The translations under genes were made by a program, and so were the position numbers. From Mobula hypostoma (taxonomy: Eukaryota), in assembly GCF_963921235.1 (NCBI RefSeq), contig NC_086108.1:86306001-86370000 (forward strand): a stretch of DNA of 64,000 nt. Direction: 5' to 3'. Below are positions 62,190 to 64,000 of the stretch, one piece after another. Position 1 is the first letter of the stretch, and the number at the start of each line of letters is the position of its first letter. A model generated the notes under the pieces. That model was not told the origin of the DNA, ran no database searches, and saw only the letters and a list, made by a program, of their open reading frames with translations.

Positions 62190-63180
62190 ACAAGGCATAT
62201 GTGGTAGGGAATTCAGAGTATTGGAGACTACGTCTACCTTGCGCATTGGTGACGAGGATGCTTCACTCCCTGAGAGGCTGCATGTCTTCTACACCCGGTT
62301 TGATGAGTAGAACAAAGAGCTGGCGAAGAAGGAACGAATACCACCCCCCCCGCCCCCTAAGGGGATCAGGCGCTGCATCTGGCTGAAGCTGAGGTGAGGA
62401 AGACCCTGGCCAGAGCCAACCCATGCGAAGCTGTGGGGCCCAATAATATACCAGGTCGGGTTCTGAAAGACTGCACAGCCCAGCTGATGGGGGGTGCTCC
62501 AGGTATCGTCTGGTGGCATTAACCTCAACCATTATGAAATGCTTTGAGCGGCTGGTCATGGAGCACATTAAAGCCCTTCTCCCGACTACACGGGACCCTT
62601 TCCAGTTCGTTTATCACTCAAATCAATTCACTGACAATCCAATAACCTCTGCCCAGCCCCACTCGGAAAGTGGGATCTCATATGCTAGGCTGCCGTTTAT
62701 TTACTGCAGTTCAGTGCCCAGCACCATCTTACCCCAAAAACTAGTGGGGAAACTGTCCTTGCTGGGTCTCAACAACCCCCTCTGCAACTGGATACTGGAT
62801 TTCTTAACAGTAACGCCACAGTCAGTCCGTGCGAGCAGCAAAGTCTCCAGTCACATTACGCTGAACATCGGCACTGCCCCAGGGCTGTGTGCTCAGCCCA
62901 CTGCTGTTCACACTGTTGACAAATGACTGTGTCGCAGGATATAGCTCAAACTGTGTCATCAAGTTTGTGGATGTCACAACAGTAGATGGCCTTTTCGAGA
63001 ATAATGATGAGGTGAAGTATAGAGGGGATGTGGAGCTACAGGTGAATTGGTTAAGAAGAACATCCTAAGCCTGAACATGGAGGAGACAAAGGAAATCATT
63101 GTGGACTTCAGGAAGGTGTAGATGAACCACCCCTTTCTGTGAATACATGGCCTCTCTATAGAGAGAGTTAAGAGCACAGG
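62190..63180 (+). mobile_element. Rex1 LINE RT fragment
   Basis: VALTSTIMKCFERLVMEHIKALLP...DPFQFVY...LCNWILDFLT. Confidence 0.82.
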
Positions 63181-63183
63181 GTT

Positions 63184-64000
63184 AGACCATAAGACATAGG
63201 AGCAGAATTAGGCCATTTGGCCCTTCAAGTCTGCTCCACTATTCAATCATGGCTGATCCATTTTTCCCCTCCTCAGCCCCGCTCCCTGGCCTTCTCCCGT
63301 AACCTTTGATGCCATGTCCAATCAAGAACCTATCAATCTCTGCCTTAAAAACATTCAATGACCTGGCCTCCACAGCTGCCTGGGGCAACAAATTCCACAA
63401 ATTCACCACCCTCTGGCTGAAGAAACTTCTCCGCATCTCTGTTTTAAATGGATGCCCTTCTATCCTGAGGCTGTGTCCTGTTGTCCTAGACTCCCCCATC
63501 ATGGGAAACATCATTTCCATATCTGATCTGTCTAGGCCTTTCAACATTCAAAAGGGTTCAATGAGATCACCCCTCATCCTTCTAATTTCCAGTGAGTACA
63601 AAGCCAAAGCCATCAAACATTCCTTGTATGATAACAGTTTCATTCCCAGAATCATCTTTGTGAACCTCCTCTGAACCCTCGCCAATTACAGCACAACTTT
63701 TCTTAGATGCAGAACCCAAAACTGTTTACAATACTCAAGGTGAGGCCTCACCAGTGCCTTATAAAGCCACAACATCATATCCCTGCCCTTGTACTCTAGA
63801 CCTCTTGAAATGAATGCTAACATTGCATTTGCCTTCCTCACCATTGACTCTAACTGCAAGTTAACCTTTAGGGTGTTCTGCACAAGGACTCCAAAGTTCT
63901 TTTGCATCACAGATTTTTGGATTTTCTACCTGTTTAGAAAATAGTCTGCACATTTATTTCTACAACCAAAGTGCATGACCATGTATTTTCCAACATTGTA
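63184..64000 (-). mobile_element. CR1 3' portion running off the window end
   Basis: Tail agaccataagacatagg; SRTTGHSLRIEG...FFSQRVVNLWNLLP; LYKALVRPHLEYC. Confidence 0.88.

Overview
This is eukaryotic, repeat-dense genomic DNA with no recognisable host protein-coding exon. The repeat families (CR1 LINEs with short microsatellite tails, Rex1/Babar LINEs, a V-domain SINE, Penelope-type termini) suggest a cartilaginous fish such as a ray or shark; this is inference. The first 15.4 kb holds three decayed LTR elements. (i) A short-LTR Ty3/Gypsy element lies at 2038-6073. (ii) An old endogenous retrovirus lies at 6186-15391 (5-bp TSD TGTAC). Its gag/pol remnants are ERV-L/class III-like, yet it keeps a gamma-type env TM remnant (immunosuppressive domain, CX6C[C], membrane anchor). 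(iii) A Sushi-like chromovirus (7599-12580, minus strand) sits inside the ERV RT and carries a perfect 11-nt Tf1-style self-priming complementarity. The remainder is nested LINEs: a full-length CR1 with a ~105-bp 5' monomer array and four-level nesting, Rex1 copies and their non-coding partner elements (one with a twin-priming-like 5' inversion), an RTE, a Charlie-type hAT with MITEs, SINEs, and Penelope-type ends with degenerate minimal hammerhead ribozyme motifs. All element coding regions are broken by stops or frameshifts. Family assignments come from recalled protein motifs, not database searches. Boundaries without a stated TSD are approximate.
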